Shown: positions 40,166 to 50,010 of the stretch, piece after piece | Layout of the letters: every line of letters begins with the position of its first letter | Position numbering within the stretch: position 1 is the first letter of the stretch | From: Candidatus Multivoradales bacterium | GTDB lineage: Bacteria; Acidobacteriota; Thermoanaerobaculia; Multivoradales; JAHEKO01 | Direction of reading: 5' to 3' | DNA length: 64,000 nt | NCBI GenBank assembly: GCA_965248055.1 | Contig: CBDFIJ010000004.1 | Span: 1,664,001-1,728,000, forward strand | Program-made: the position numbers and the translations under genes | Notes under the pieces: generated by a model | Databases searched by the model: none | What the model saw: the letters and a program-made list of their open reading frames with translations, nothing else | Told to the model about the DNA's origin: nothing

Positions 40166-40324
40166 CAAAAAGAGCCCGAAACCTGGCGAGCGCAAGAAAC
40201 AAAAATCCCGCCCCGGGGGCGGACTCGGGTGATCTTATGTATTTCTAGATAACTACGATAGCCAACTGCCCGCCTTGCAGACCTCCACTCGTTCATCTCG
40301 CCTGAGAAAATCTCGACAAGTCAT
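40166..40324 (-). repeat. Diverged second copy of the trp leader/attenuator region
   Basis: 40166-40191 is identical to 39139-39164. A terminator-like hairpin and a leader-like ORF ending AGSWLS* are retained. Confidence 0.85.
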
Positions 40325-40486
40325 CGGCGAGCTAACCCAAATTGCACAGAAGGGATCTTTCATATGACAAGAGGTTTCGCGTGACAGAGAGAATACATGG
40401 CACCCCTGATGAAGCAAGCTCCAATGTGAATCCATTAATGAACGGTAATTGTCAGAAGCCGAAGAAGCGACCGTGAGGGAGGTCCG

Positions 40487-41230
40487 ATGAACCATCGAGA
40501 TATAACGTACGTGATTTTCCTTATTCTCCTCACCCTGGCAGGGCCAGTGCTCGCTGGGATCGTTGTCCAAGACGACAACGGTAACGATGAACAGGAGTCC
40601 CGACAGGGATCTATTCTGATCGCCGAGCCCACTTCAGGGATCGCGGGGAGCGCGGTCCAGTTGCAGGGATCTGGATTCATCAACAACTGCGGGGTCGGGA
40701 TCTATCTGAACACCCTGGATGGCGAACCGTTGGGCTTCGCCACGATGCGTAAGGACGGCGGATTCGTGACCCAGGTGACCATTCCGTCCGAAACACAACC
40801 AGGCAAGTACATGCTAATCGCCCAAGGTCTCGCCGAAGGAGCCAAGCCCTCGCACGAAACGCAGCTCTGTGGAGAACCGTCGAGTGATGTTGCGAGGGCT
40901 GGCTACGACGTAGGGCCCGCGCCGCCGATACTGGAGGTCTCGGCCTATGAAGGCCGTCCGGGAAGGACAGTGACCTTTAAGGGGCGTGGTTTCTGCGCCG
41001 CTACCAGATGCTCACCAGTCGACATCCTGATCGACGGGCTGGTCGTGGCCTTCGACGTCCCAGTCAATCCAGATGGGACGCTCAGCGCAGAAGGGATGGT
41101 GCCTGCGGTCTCCGCTTCGGGAGAAGTAAGGATCGAGGCAATCCAGCAAGGATCGACCGGCGAGCAGATCCGTTCCTTCGGAAGCCTTATCGTCACGGTA
41201 CGGCCCAACGTGCGAACTGGCCCGAACTAG
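40487..41230 (+). CDS. Secreted hypothetical protein with two Ig-like (IPT-like) repeats
   Basis: Signal peptide; repeated G..V...G.GF..C..V.I..DG / DG.F.. pattern. Confidence 0.65.
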   Translation: MNHRDITYVIFLILLTLAGPVLAGIVVQDDNGNDEQESRQGSILIAEPTSGIAGSAVQLQGSGFINNCGVGIYLNTLDGEPLGFATMRKDGGFVTQVTIPSETQPGKYMLIAQGLAEGAKPSHETQLCGEPSSDVARAGYDVGPAPPILEVSAYEGRPGRTVTFKGRGFCAATRCSPVDILIDGLVVAFDVPVNPDGTLSAEGMVPAVSASGEVRIEAIQQGSTGEQIRSFGSLIVTVRPNVRTGPN

Positions 41231-41243
41231 AGAGGAGGACGAG

Positions 41244-44200
41244 ATGAAAAAAAACGAGCAACTGACTCACATTCCCGCCATCGCCGTAATGGTACTCCTT
41301 GTTCTCGGCGGAGCGACGACGCTCCCGGCCCAGGTCACCGACGTGAATCCAGACGGCCTGCCAGGTGAGCCGCGTTTCGGTGGGCGCACCCTTGGAGTCA
41401 CTATTCATCCCCTGAACCGTAACGTGGTCTACGCTGCCTCCGAGCGAGGCGGATTCTACGTCAGCGCCGATGGCGGTACCACCTGGGCACACATCGACGA
41501 GATCCCGGTACCCCTCGCGCGTGACATCTTGTTCGATCCTCGCGATCCCAGCGTGTTAATCGCCAGTGGCCGGTCCAACACTGAGGTCCCAAATCGCGGA
41601 GGCATCTGGGTGAGTGGCAACGGCGGGGCGAGCTGGACCAAGCCCGCCACGTCAGACCCGGGTTGCTCAGGCCAGGTATCCACCTGGGGCATCGCAATCG
41701 CGGATCACCCCACCCGCCACCGCGATGTCTACGTGGCCACAGATTGTGGCATCTCGATCAGCAACGATTCCGGCGCTACCTGGAACCATGTTGACCCGTG
41801 CACCACGAGCGACGCCACTTGGTGCAACAACCGGACCATCTACTTCGACGTCGAGGCTCGTGTGGTAGGTGCCAATGTTCAGCTCGATGTCTGCGGTGAC
41901 GAGGGCTTCTTCCGCTCGACGGATGGCGGCGCCACCTGGAGCGCGCCTGATCCCAACTCGCCGGCTCGCCGAGTCAACAACGGATCGTTCAATCCATGTA
42001 ACGTGGCGACAGCCCCGCAGAACGCCGACACCGTTTATCTAGCGAACTACAGTGGCACTACCCCGGCCGGGTTTTGCCAGGCGCGGTTAATGGAGAATGC
42101 CTCCGGTGGCGCCGCTGGTGGATGGGTCAGCATGAACGTGGGTTCGCAGAACTGCCGCGATCCTTGGGTGGTGAACCAGCCCGACCCGGGCAACGCGGAC
42201 CGTTTCTTTGTCTACTACGGCGACAGCCAGCGTGTCCGTCGGCAGCGTTGCAACATCGGCAACTCTCCGCGTTGCTCGACCGGTGCTGCCAACTGGCCGA
42301 CCTTCGGCTCCGGTCTGCACTCCGACCCAAGCGACTGGGCCTTCGATCCGGCATCGCCGAATTGTGCGCTGGTGGCCTCCAACGACGGCGGCCTTGCCAC
42401 ATCGGTGGACTGCGGCGCGAACTGGCAGGATGGGAACCGGGGTCTACACGCCCTCGATGTCGTAGCCCATGCCGGCACGCTCCAGGGCGGTGGCACCACC
42501 GATCTCTATGCTGGGACCCAGGACAACGGCTTCTACGTAAGCGAGAACAACGCCGCCACCTGGACCAGGCCAGTGGGAGCCGACGGCTACGGCTTGATGG
42601 CAGACCTCACACCGCCGGCGAGGGTGTTCTTTCGAGTCTGCTTCGGCTGCAGTAATCATATTGCAGATCCTGGATTTTCTGGATCGGTAGGCTTCAACGA
42701 TCCTCCAGGCACCATCCCGTCCTTCGCGATCGCCACCCAGTTCGGGCCTGAGCGCTACGCCTTCTTGACCAACGACGGTGGCACTCCCGCCCAGTGGACC
42801 GCCTGGGTGACCACCAACGAGGGAACCAACTGGACTCAGCTCGGACCCAGCCCGCTGCCGGGCGGCGGCCAAATTAAATCGGCCGGTCCGGCCGCTTCGC
42901 CGACCTTCTATCTGCGGCTCGGGGTCGCAGGCCAGCCTCGGATGTTCCGGCTCTCTGGATCCCTGGACAGCACCGCCACCCTTACGCCCATCAATACGGG
43001 GCTAAGCTCGCCAAGTAATGTCTGGGACGTCGACCCCAGCGATCCAACTCGCCTGTATGTCTACGATAGCGGCTTCAATCAAATGAGGTTCAGCACCAAC
43101 AGCGGCGGTCAGTGGTTTGGCGACACGGAGCTCACGAGCCGGATCACGCAAGGGGGAAGTTTCACGATCAGCCCCACCGGCATCACGTTCGACCCATGGA
43201 GCTCGCAGATCGTAGTCGGCACACAGAACGCGGGTCTGGTGGTGTCGGTAAATGACGGCGAAACATGGAACAACCTTGAAAATACCGAGCTGCTCTCGCA
43301 CTTTACTCGCTTCTTCTTCGACCCAGACAACGAGCACATCTTCGGGTTCAGCAAAGGTCGCGGCATCTGGCAGATCGCCCTGACGGACGCCCAGGTCCAG
43401 GTGCCGGGCGACGTCGACCTGGGGGAGACTTGTCGGGGAGAGATCTCGACCGGAACGCTCGACGTCTGCAACACCGGCACTGACAACCTGAGCGTCTCCG
43501 GAATCGCTTCGTCCAACTCGCGTTTCGCGGTGACCGAGCCCTCGGCGGGCTATCCCGTGGCAATCAGCCCCGACTTCTGCTTTCCTTTTCAGGTGACCTT
43601 CGATCCGATACTCCAGGGTTCCCAGGCAGGGACCTTGGCTATCTCAAGTAACGATCTCGACGATCCCGAGGTCGAGATCGGAGTTAGCGGAGAAGGCACG
43701 GTGCAGGACATCCGGGTCACCGGTTCAACCAACTTCGGAGTGGGCTCCGCCTGGCGGGCGGACGAGCGTACGGTCTCAGTATGCAACGCTGGAGACTGCG
43801 ATCTCGCTGTAACCGCAGCCTCGGTCGGGTGCACTGACTTCAGCCTAATAGACAATCCTTTCCCGGCCAGCCTAGCCCCTGGTTCGTGTCTCGGTCTGAC
43901 GGCCCGCTTCACCTCGATCGTGCCGGGGAGCAAGAACTGCGTCCTCAGCGTCAACAGCAACGACCCCGACACGCTGGTGGTTCAACGCACGCTAACTGGC
44001 AAGACGCCACCGCTGTTTAGCCTCCGCTCTGGGCTGGCAGGCCCCCATGCCGCGCTCAGTGCGGTGGCCAGGCAGGGCTCGACCTTCAACCTAGGGTTCG
44101 TCTACCCGTTCTTGCCAAGATGGGCCTGGACTACCCAGCTGGGTCACTCGAGTTTTGACGGACGGGCCGCGGGCCCTGACGTTGACGTGTGGTATCTGTC

Positions 44201-44444
44201 AGCAAACACGAAGTTCACGGTCAACCCTGTGGCGCCAGCTCGTTTCTTCTTGAACGGCGGATTGGGTGTCTATCACCCCGATCCGGGTGACTTTGAGGGA
44301 GGTGGCAACCTCGGCCTCGGAGTGGACATACCAATCGGACAGCGCTTCATCTTCGAAGCAAGCTACGACTATCACTTGGCTTTCACAGCCTCACCTGACC
44401 TTGAATTTCGTCTGGCGCAAGCGGGATTCTTGGTGTCCTTCTAG
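41244..44444 (+). CDS. BNR/Asp-box beta-propeller protein + two ASH/choice-of-anchor-D-like Ig domains + C-terminal outer-membrane beta-barrel
   Basis: Many S.DGG.TW Asp-boxes, two V.N.G...L.V..I..SND.D domains, amphipathic strands and a terminal Phe. Confidence 0.75.
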   Translation: MKKNEQLTHIPAIAVMVLLVLGGATTLPAQVTDVNPDGLPGEPRFGGRTLGVTIHPLNRNVVYAASERGGFYVSADGGTTWAHIDEIPVPLARDILFDPRDPSVLIASGRSNTEVPNRGGIWVSGNGGASWTKPATSDPGCSGQVSTWGIAIADHPTRHRDVYVATDCGISISNDSGATWNHVDPCTTSDATWCNNRTIYFDVEARVVGANVQLDVCGDEGFFRSTDGGATWSAPDPNSPARRVNNGSFNPCNVATAPQNADTVYLANYSGTTPAGFCQARLMENASGGAAGGWVSMNVGSQNCRDPWVVNQPDPGNADRFFVYYGDSQRVRRQRCNIGNSPRCSTGAANWPTFGSGLHSDPSDWAFDPASPNCALVASNDGGLATSVDCGANWQDGNRGLHALDVVAHAGTLQGGGTTDLYAGTQDNGFYVSENNAATWTRPVGADGYGLMADLTPPARVFFRVCFGCSNHIADPGFSGSVGFNDPPGTIPSFAIATQFGPERYAFLTNDGGTPAQWTAWVTTNEGTNWTQLGPSPLPGGGQIKSAGPAASPTFYLRLGVAGQPRMFRLSGSLDSTATLTPINTGLSSPSNVWDVDPSDPTRLYVYDSGFNQMRFSTNSGGQWFGDTELTSRITQGGSFTISPTGITFDPWSSQIVVGTQNAGLVVSVNDGETWNNLENTELLSHFTRFFFDPDNEHIFGFSKGRGIWQIALTDAQVQVPGDVDLGETCRGEISTGTLDVCNTGTDNLSVSGIASSNSRFAVTEPSAGYPVAISPDFCFPFQVTFDPILQGSQAGTLAISSNDLDDPEVEIGVSGEGTVQDIRVTGSTNFGVGSAWRADERTVSVCNAGDCDLAVTAASVGCTDFSLIDNPFPASLAPGSCLGLTARFTSIVPGSKNCVLSVNSNDPDTLVVQRTLTGKTPPLFSLRSGLAGPHAALSAVARQGSTFNLGFVYPFLPRWAWTTQLGHSSFDGRAAGPDVDVWYLSANTKFTVNPVAPARFFLNGGLGVYHPDPGDFEGGGNLGLGVDIPIGQRFIFEASYDYHLAFTASPDLEFRLAQAGFLVSF

Positions 44445-44563
44445 CAACCACAGAGCAGGAAATTACTTCCTACGTTTGGGGCTTGTGCGCTGGGCATAGG
44501 CCGAGGAGTTGCCGCGAGAGACCTCCCAGAATCACGCCCGCAAAGCCAACTGCCGCTGGCAGT

Positions 44564-44653
44564 TGGCGGAGGGGGCGGGATTCGAACCCGCGGACGGCTT
44601 TCACCGTCGCTGGTTTTCAAGACCAGTGCTTTCGACCACTCAGCCACCCCTCC
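44564..44653 (-). tRNA. tRNA-Ser (anticodon UGA)
   Basis: GGAGGGG acceptor stem, CTGGT-CTTGAAA-ACCAG anticodon arm, long variable arm, GGTTCGAATCC and encoded CCA. Confidence 0.97.
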
Positions 44654-44808
44654 GGGGAGGTGAATCTTAGCTCCACACGGAACCTCTGGACCAGAAATAG
44701 ATGATTGTGGCCCAGAACATCTCTGGAGAAACTCATCTTCCGACCGACTGTTCTCCACATTCCCTAGTGCCCAACTGTGGAACTCAACGAATCATCCCGA
44801 ATTCGCCT

Positions 44809-45552
44809 CTACTCAGACTCCTGGCCCCAAGCAGCCTTCCACCATTTTCCTGGGAAGGTCGTCAGGGAAAAGATCTCGGATTCGGTCAGATACGACCTGC
44901 CGTCCTCTTCGACTTTGTAGTCGGCGTGGAGAGCTCCACTGTGATCTAAACTGGAGAACGTAGCCACCAAGCTCTCTCCGTCATCCCAGTCCTGGCTGAA
45001 CCAACTGCGCGCCCAGCGATCTCGATCCCGAGTCCACAAAGGATCATGCCAGGTGCCGTCGGTCCGAAGCCGCACTTCGGTTGGGCGCAACAGCTTTTGA
45101 TCGGAAGTCGTGTGACGTTGAAATGGTGGACTGGGTGGATCTTCGCTGCGCCACAAAACCACCCACACCTCTGGCCCAGCCATTTCCCGAGCCTTCTCCA
45201 CGTGCTCAGCCCAACTTTCATACAACTTCTTGCAGCGATGAGAGCGACCGTAAAGGTAGACCCGCAAGTAGGGTGGCAAGATCACCCCGCGTGGCCGATC
45301 TTCGCCCGGCTCCTCAAGCCACAAAGGACCGAGTACTTGGTGTCGATTACCGATCCCTTGGTAGTGCTCGATCGGATCGGCGCGACTACAGCCAGCGTTT
45401 ATTGTTGCTCCGATCTGAGCGTCGGTCATGACGGTTCCCTCAGCTCCAAGTCCACCGCTGGACAACAGAACAAGAAACACGCTGATGCCAGCGATTCGAT
45501 GCGCGATCATCTTTCGTCCTCCCAGCTTCATTCCTATTGTCTTCCCGGTCAC
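44809..45552 (-). CDS. Secreted hypothetical protein
   Basis: 247-aa ORF with a signal-peptide-like segment, Trp-rich. Start uncertain. Confidence 0.55.
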   Translation of the reverse strand: MTGKTIGMKLGGRKMIAHRIAGISVFLVLLSSGGLGAEGTVMTDAQIGATINAGCSRADPIEHYQGIGNRHQVLGPLWLEEPGEDRPRGVILPPYLRVYLYGRSHRCKKLYESWAEHVEKAREMAGPEVWVVLWRSEDPPSPPFQRHTTSDQKLLRPTEVRLRTDGTWHDPLWTRDRDRWARSWFSQDWDDGESLVATFSSLDHSGALHADYKVEEDGRSYLTESEIFSLTTFPGKWWKAAWGQESE

Positions 45553-45721
45553 GAATCATAGCGGGCAGAGAGAAATGTGGCACAACCAACGTCACTGAAC
45601 GGTGGGCGTCCGTCCTACTGGCCATGGTTTATCACCAGGGTGAATTGCCCGACCGTAGACCTTCTACCGTTAGACTGGAAAACCTCGAGGCGCAGCTGAA
45701 GACCAAAACATTTCACTATCC

Positions 45722-47562
45722 ATGACCGCCATTCTCGGTATCTCCGCGTTTTACCATGACAGCGCCGCGGCGTTAGTGGTCGATGGCCGGATCGTCGCGG
45801 CGGCTCAAGAGGAGCGCTTCAGCCGCAAGAAGCATGATTTTCGTTTCCCCAAGCAAGCGATCGAATACTGCCTGCAGGAGGGAGGGTTGGACGCGGCAAA
45901 ATTGGATCACGTCGCGTTTTACGACAAACCGCTGAAGAAATTCGATCGACTGCTCGAAACCTATCTCGCCTACGCACCGGCGGGGTTCAACTCGTTTCGC
46001 CAAGCGATGCCCCTGTGGTTGAAGGAGAAACTTTGGCTGCCGCGACAAATGGATCGAGGCCTCGACAAGCGCTTTGAGGGTCGGTACATCTTTACTGAAC
46101 ACCACGAGTCGCACGCAGCAAGCGCCTTCTATCCCTCGCCCTTTGAAGAAGCGGCAATCCTGACCATGGATGGCGTCGGCGAATGGGCCACCGCCAGTTT
46201 CGGCTCGGGAGCAGGCAATCAATTCGAGCTGACCCATGAACTGCACTTCCCCCATTCCCTAGGGCTGCTCTATTCGGCGTTTACTTACTACGCCGGGTTT
46301 CGCGTCAACAGCGGCGAATACAAACTGATGGGCCTCGCCCCTTATGGCAGCCTCGATACCGAGATCTGATCTTGGAGCACCTGGTTGATCTAAAAGACGA
46401 CGGGTCGTTTGCTCTCGACATGTCGTACTTCAACTACTGCCAAGGGCTGACCATGACCGGTCGTAAGTTTGATCAATTGTTTGGCGGGCCGCCCAGGACG
46501 CCCGAGCAAGAGCTTCGACAACGCGACATGGATCTGGCGGCTTCGATCCAAGCGGTCACCGAAGAAATCATGATGCGCGTGGTGCGTCATGTTCACGCCC
46601 AGACAGGGCAAAAGAATCTAGTGATGGCGGGTGGAGTCGCCCTCAACTGCGTCGCCAACGGCAACCTCTTGCGCGAAGGGCCCTTTGAACACTTATGGAT
46701 TCAACCGGCTGCCGGTGATGCGGGCGGGGCTCTGGGAGCAGCATTGTTTGTTTGGCATCAATTGCTCAACCAGACCCGAACGGTGCAACCGACAAGTGAC
46801 TCCCAGATCGGGTCGCTACTGGGTCCAGCGTTCAGCGACCCAGAGATCCAACTCTTCTTGGAAGGCACCGAGGCCAACTACCAACAGCTCGACGACGACG
46901 CTCTGATGGACCAGGTCGCTGGGTTGATGGCAAACCAGCAGGTCATCGGCTGGTTCTCCGGGCGCATGGAGTTCGGACCTCGAGCGCTGGGTGCTCGCTC
47001 GATTATCGGAGACGCGCGCAGTCGCACCATGCAGCGCACCATGAACACCAAGATCAAGTTCCGAGAGTCGTTTCGACCCTTCGCACCGGTGGTTCTAGCC
47101 GAACACGCTGACCAATACTTTGAGCTGGCACCGGGAGAAGAGAGTCCTTACATGCTGATCGTGGCCGATGTCCGCGACGACAAACGAAGCCCTCTGTCAG
47201 AGGAGCAAGAAAGCCTGACCGGCCTAGCGCGACTTGACGTCGTTCGCTCCCAAGTCCCAGCGATAACTCATGTCGACTTCTCGGCAAGAGTGCAGACTGT
47301 CGACCGTATTCGGCACCCGCGCTTTCACCGCCTGCTCAACGCGTTCTACGAGAAAACTAATTGTCCAGTAGCGATCAACACTAGCTTCAACGTGCGTGGC
47401 GAGCCGATCGTCTGCACTCCCGAAGACGCTTATCGCTGTTTTCTGGCAACCGACATGGACGTCCTGGTGCTCGGCAACCATCTGCTGCTCAAGAAGAATC
47501 AACCTGAATCCCTGTCGAAAACCGAGGCCCGCGATTACGTAGAGAGTTTCGATCTCGACTAG
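45722..47562 (+). CDS. NodU/CmcH-family carbamoyltransferase (frameshift near 46349)
   Basis: YHDSAA, AQEERF.R.KH, EHH.SHA, GEYKLMGLAPYG, AGGVALNC, EFGPRALG.RS, RESFRPFAP and NTSFN motifs, split over two frames. Confidence 0.92.
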
Positions 47563-47589
47563 CGATGAACCCTGACGAACGGAACTAAT

Positions 47590-48000
47590 GTGATCAAAGC
47601 CAATTGGAACCCCGGACTACGAGAGCTAAGACAGTTCTCAATCGGACTCTTGATTGCCTCATTGGTATGGGGAGGGATCCTGTGGTGGCGCCATGGATTC
47701 AACACCGCCTCATGGTGGATCTGGATCATCGGGCCGTTGCTGGCCGCAGTTGGTTGGCTGATGCCACGGTCGATGCGCTATCTGTACCTATTCTTAACCG
47801 CCCTGGCACTGCCGATCGGCTGGGTGGTGGGCAATCTGATGCTGGCATTGATCTACTTTGGGGTGATCACGCCGATCGCGCTTGTTTTCAAATTGATTGG
47901 CCGCGACCCACTAGCCCGGCGCCCTAACCCAAGTGCCGTCAGCTATTGGAAAAAACGTCAGTCTACACCATCGGCGGCCAGATACTTCAACCAGTTTTGA
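47590..48000 (+). CDS. SxtJ-family membrane protein
   Basis: LRQF, TM segments, YFGVITP..GRDPL..SYW..YFNQF; typical position after a carbamoyltransferase. Confidence 0.8.
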   Translation: MIKANWNPGLRELRQFSIGLLIASLVWGGILWWRHGFNTASWWIWIIGPLLAAVGWLMPRSMRYLYLFLTALALPIGWVVGNLMLALIYFGVITPIALVFKLIGRDPLARRPNPSAVSYWKKRQSTPSAARYFNQF

Positions 48001-48058
48001 CCTGAAACGACCGACGTCGTGGGGGGGAGGCGTACAATGATCCAGAACCGGGAGTGCT

Positions 48059-48250
48059 ATGCCAAAGTCCAACGAATTTGAACGCGAAGCGGAAAAGAAA
48101 CGGCATTCCTTATTCGCCGAGTTCCTTCAGTTCCTGAGAGAGAACAAGAAGTGGTGGATGACCCCGATCTTGATCACCCTGCTTCTGGTGGCGGTGCTTC
48201 TGGTGGCTGGCAGCATCGGTGCTGCACCCTTTATCTACACCTTGTTTTAG
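48059..48250 (+). CDS. DUF5989/SxtK-like small membrane protein
   Basis: FLRENKKWW..P...APFIYTLF signature. Confidence 0.85.
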   Translation: MPKSNEFEREAEKKRHSLFAEFLQFLRENKKWWMTPILITLLLVAVLLVAGSIGAAPFIYTLF

Positions 48251-48312
48251 AGAGCCTGCTTTTTCACAGGGTCTGCCTCTTCAGAGGGTTGGCTTTTCAC
48301 AAGGCCTGCCGC

Positions 48313-49377
48313 TTAGGCGTCTTCCAGGCGTTCTTCGGTGCGAGCGATAAAGGCCTCCAGACGAGCCCGGCGCTCTTCAACACGGAGCTTTTCTTTCTCC
48401 AAGGCTTCGACTCGATCCTGATCAGCACTTTTCAATTCTTCCTCGACGCGATCCATCTGCTCAACCAATTGCCCGTGCGACAACTGCAGTTCGGCGAGTA
48501 GCGACGCTCTGTCCGCCTTATCAAACATCAAGTCTTCAGGAGCACTGGTCGGGGTGCTGAGCTCAGCAGCCGTTTGCCGAGGAATGAACTCTTTGGTTTC
48601 CGGGTAGCTACGCAAGCTATGGAAATTAGGCGAAAGAATCTCAATGCCAGCACCGTGCAGCGCGTCCAAAGCCGCGATGCGCAACTTGGAGCGGGTGGAG
48701 ACCAACTGCTTCAGGTCGGCCAACAGACCGGCGACGCGGTAGGTGATCGAGAAATCCCCTATATCCACCACCGAGACGAAGGGTTTTTCGAGATTCACTT
48801 CTACCGCTGCGGCCATCAAGGCCTGCCGCACGCTGCGATGACCCACGTCATAGCCCAGCGACAAGGTCGCCGAGACAATGGTCCCCGAAGCCGGAAATAC
48901 CGTGTGAGGATTGGCCACCAAATACAGATTCGGCAGCGTGGTGAGGTTGCGGTTCTCGGTCTGGATCTCGGTGTGGAACAAGCCGATCTCGCTGATCCGA
49001 CCAAAGTGATCGCCAACCCGCAGGAAATCGCCAATGCCCACGTTGTCGAAAATCTGTAACAGACCGCGCGCCATCGCGTTGCCCAACAAAGTGGTGGACG
49101 ACAAGGCGATCGCTGCGGAAAGCAGAATCCCCAACAAGGTTAGCAGCTGGCCGCGCAGGGTCGGATCCATCGGGATGGTGATCAGCGCCAGCAACAAGCT
49201 CAAGATCCAAATCGCGAACAAGCTGAGTTGGAGCCTCAAGCGGGCAGTAGCCACCGACTTCCAGCGCTTGTTCAGCAGCATGTGTACCAACAGCGCAACC
49301 GCGACAATCAGTATCGTCAACGCAATCCCCGGCAGTTGGCCGCGAATTCCTTCCAAGAACGGGGGCAGCGTCATCAA
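48313..49377 (-). CDS. mscS: Small-conductance mechanosensitive channel family protein with C-terminal coiled coil
   Basis: Three TM segments and the GDFLRVGDHFGRISEIGLFHT..LPN motif. Confidence 0.8.
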   Translation of the reverse strand: MMTLPPFLEGIRGQLPGIALTILIVAVALLVHMLLNKRWKSVATARLRLQLSLFAIWILSLLLALITIPMDPTLRGQLLTLLGILLSAAIALSSTTLLGNAMARGLLQIFDNVGIGDFLRVGDHFGRISEIGLFHTEIQTENRNLTTLPNLYLVANPHTVFPASGTIVSATLSLGYDVGHRSVRQALMAAAVEVNLEKPFVSVVDIGDFSITYRVAGLLADLKQLVSTRSKLRIAALDALHGAGIEILSPNFHSLRSYPETKEFIPRQTAAELSTPTSAPEDLMFDKADRASLLAELQLSHGQLVEQMDRVEEELKSADQDRVEALEKEKLRVEERRARLEAFIARTEERLEDA

Positions 49378-49414
49378 TCAACTCTAACCCAGCGAAAGAA
49401 CTCAGCAATAACAC

Positions 49415-49444
49415 TTGCATAATTGTGCAACTGTGCTATAGAAT
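49415..49444 (+). promoter_or_regulatory. arsR promoter with overlapping palindromic operator
   Basis: The TTGCA-TAATTG-TGCAA palindrome covers the -35 (TTGCAT). The -10 TAGAAT is 7 nt before the ATG, which suggests a leaderless transcript. Confidence 0.65.
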
Positions 49445-49451
49445 CCTCTCG

Positions 49452-49820
49452 ATGACTACTTCAGCGCTCGACACCTCCGCTGCTCCAGAAGACGACTCCC
49501 GTATTTTTCGGGCACTCTCCGATCCTTGTCGATTGCTAATCCTGCAGGAGCTGGTGGGTTGTTGCGGCCAACCGCAGACGGTGAGCCAAACAGCGGGATG
49601 CTGCTCGGTCGATCTTTCCGTGGTCTCACGACACCTGGCGACGCTGCGCGATGCTGGAATCCTGGAATCCAAAAAAGTGGGACGCGAAGTCCACTACACC
49701 GTTCGATACCATGAGCTATCCAATTGGCTCAGAACCATGGCCGACACCCTTGATCGTTGCTGTCCTCAACCGGACGCGGGCTGTGCGACAACGACACAAC
49801 CTAAGGAGGCATGCGAATGA
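49452..49820 (+). CDS. ArsR/SmtB-family transcriptional regulator with three Cys-Cys pairs
   Basis: FRALSDP.RL.IL and S.VSRHL..LRDAGIL..K.GR.V.Y motifs. Confidence 0.9.
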   Translation: MTTSALDTSAAPEDDSRIFRALSDPCRLLILQELVGCCGQPQTVSQTAGCCSVDLSVVSRHLATLRDAGILESKKVGREVHYTVRYHELSNWLRTMADTLDRCCPQPDAGCATTTQPKEACE

Positions 49821-49867
49821 CTCGTTTCTTCATTCCGCGCACCGCACACTGCTGCGACGGCGCCTGA
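49817..49867 (+). CDS. Putative micropeptide MTRFFIPRTAHCCDGA
   Basis: AAGGAGG RBS at 49803-49809 and ATGA overlap with the arsR stop. Confidence 0.55.
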   Translation: MTRFFIPRTAHCCDGA

Positions 49868-50010
49868 CTTCGGTCCTGGGCAGGACCCTAAACTGCCCGA
49901 CCCGCTTCCTTTCTGAAACAACCCTTTCTCACTCAGCGTACGGCTAATCAGGTGCTGACGCCCGATGGCTGGGTTTGTCTGCCGATGAAATTATCCAGAA
50001 AGGATCTGCC

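Noticed and set aside
40206-40230. GGGGGCGGACTCG as an att duplicate of the tRNA-Ser 3' end
   Set aside because: The match is short and imperfect, is explained as the attenuator-copy hairpin, and no integrase is present.
40398-40416. TGGCAC-CCCTG-ATGA as a sigma-54 promoter
   Set aside because: It lacks the -12 GC at the required spacing.
44564-44653. Selenocysteine or suppressor tRNA
   Set aside because: The anticodon is UGA (reads UCA, Ser); tRNA-Sec has anticodon UCA.
46367-46372. TGA readthrough in the carbamoyltransferase
   Set aside because: The two halves are in different frames, so this is a frameshift rather than an in-frame stop.
45722-48250. Saxitoxin gene cluster
   Set aside because: Only sxtI/J/K-like genes are present; no sxtA, sxtG or other core genes.
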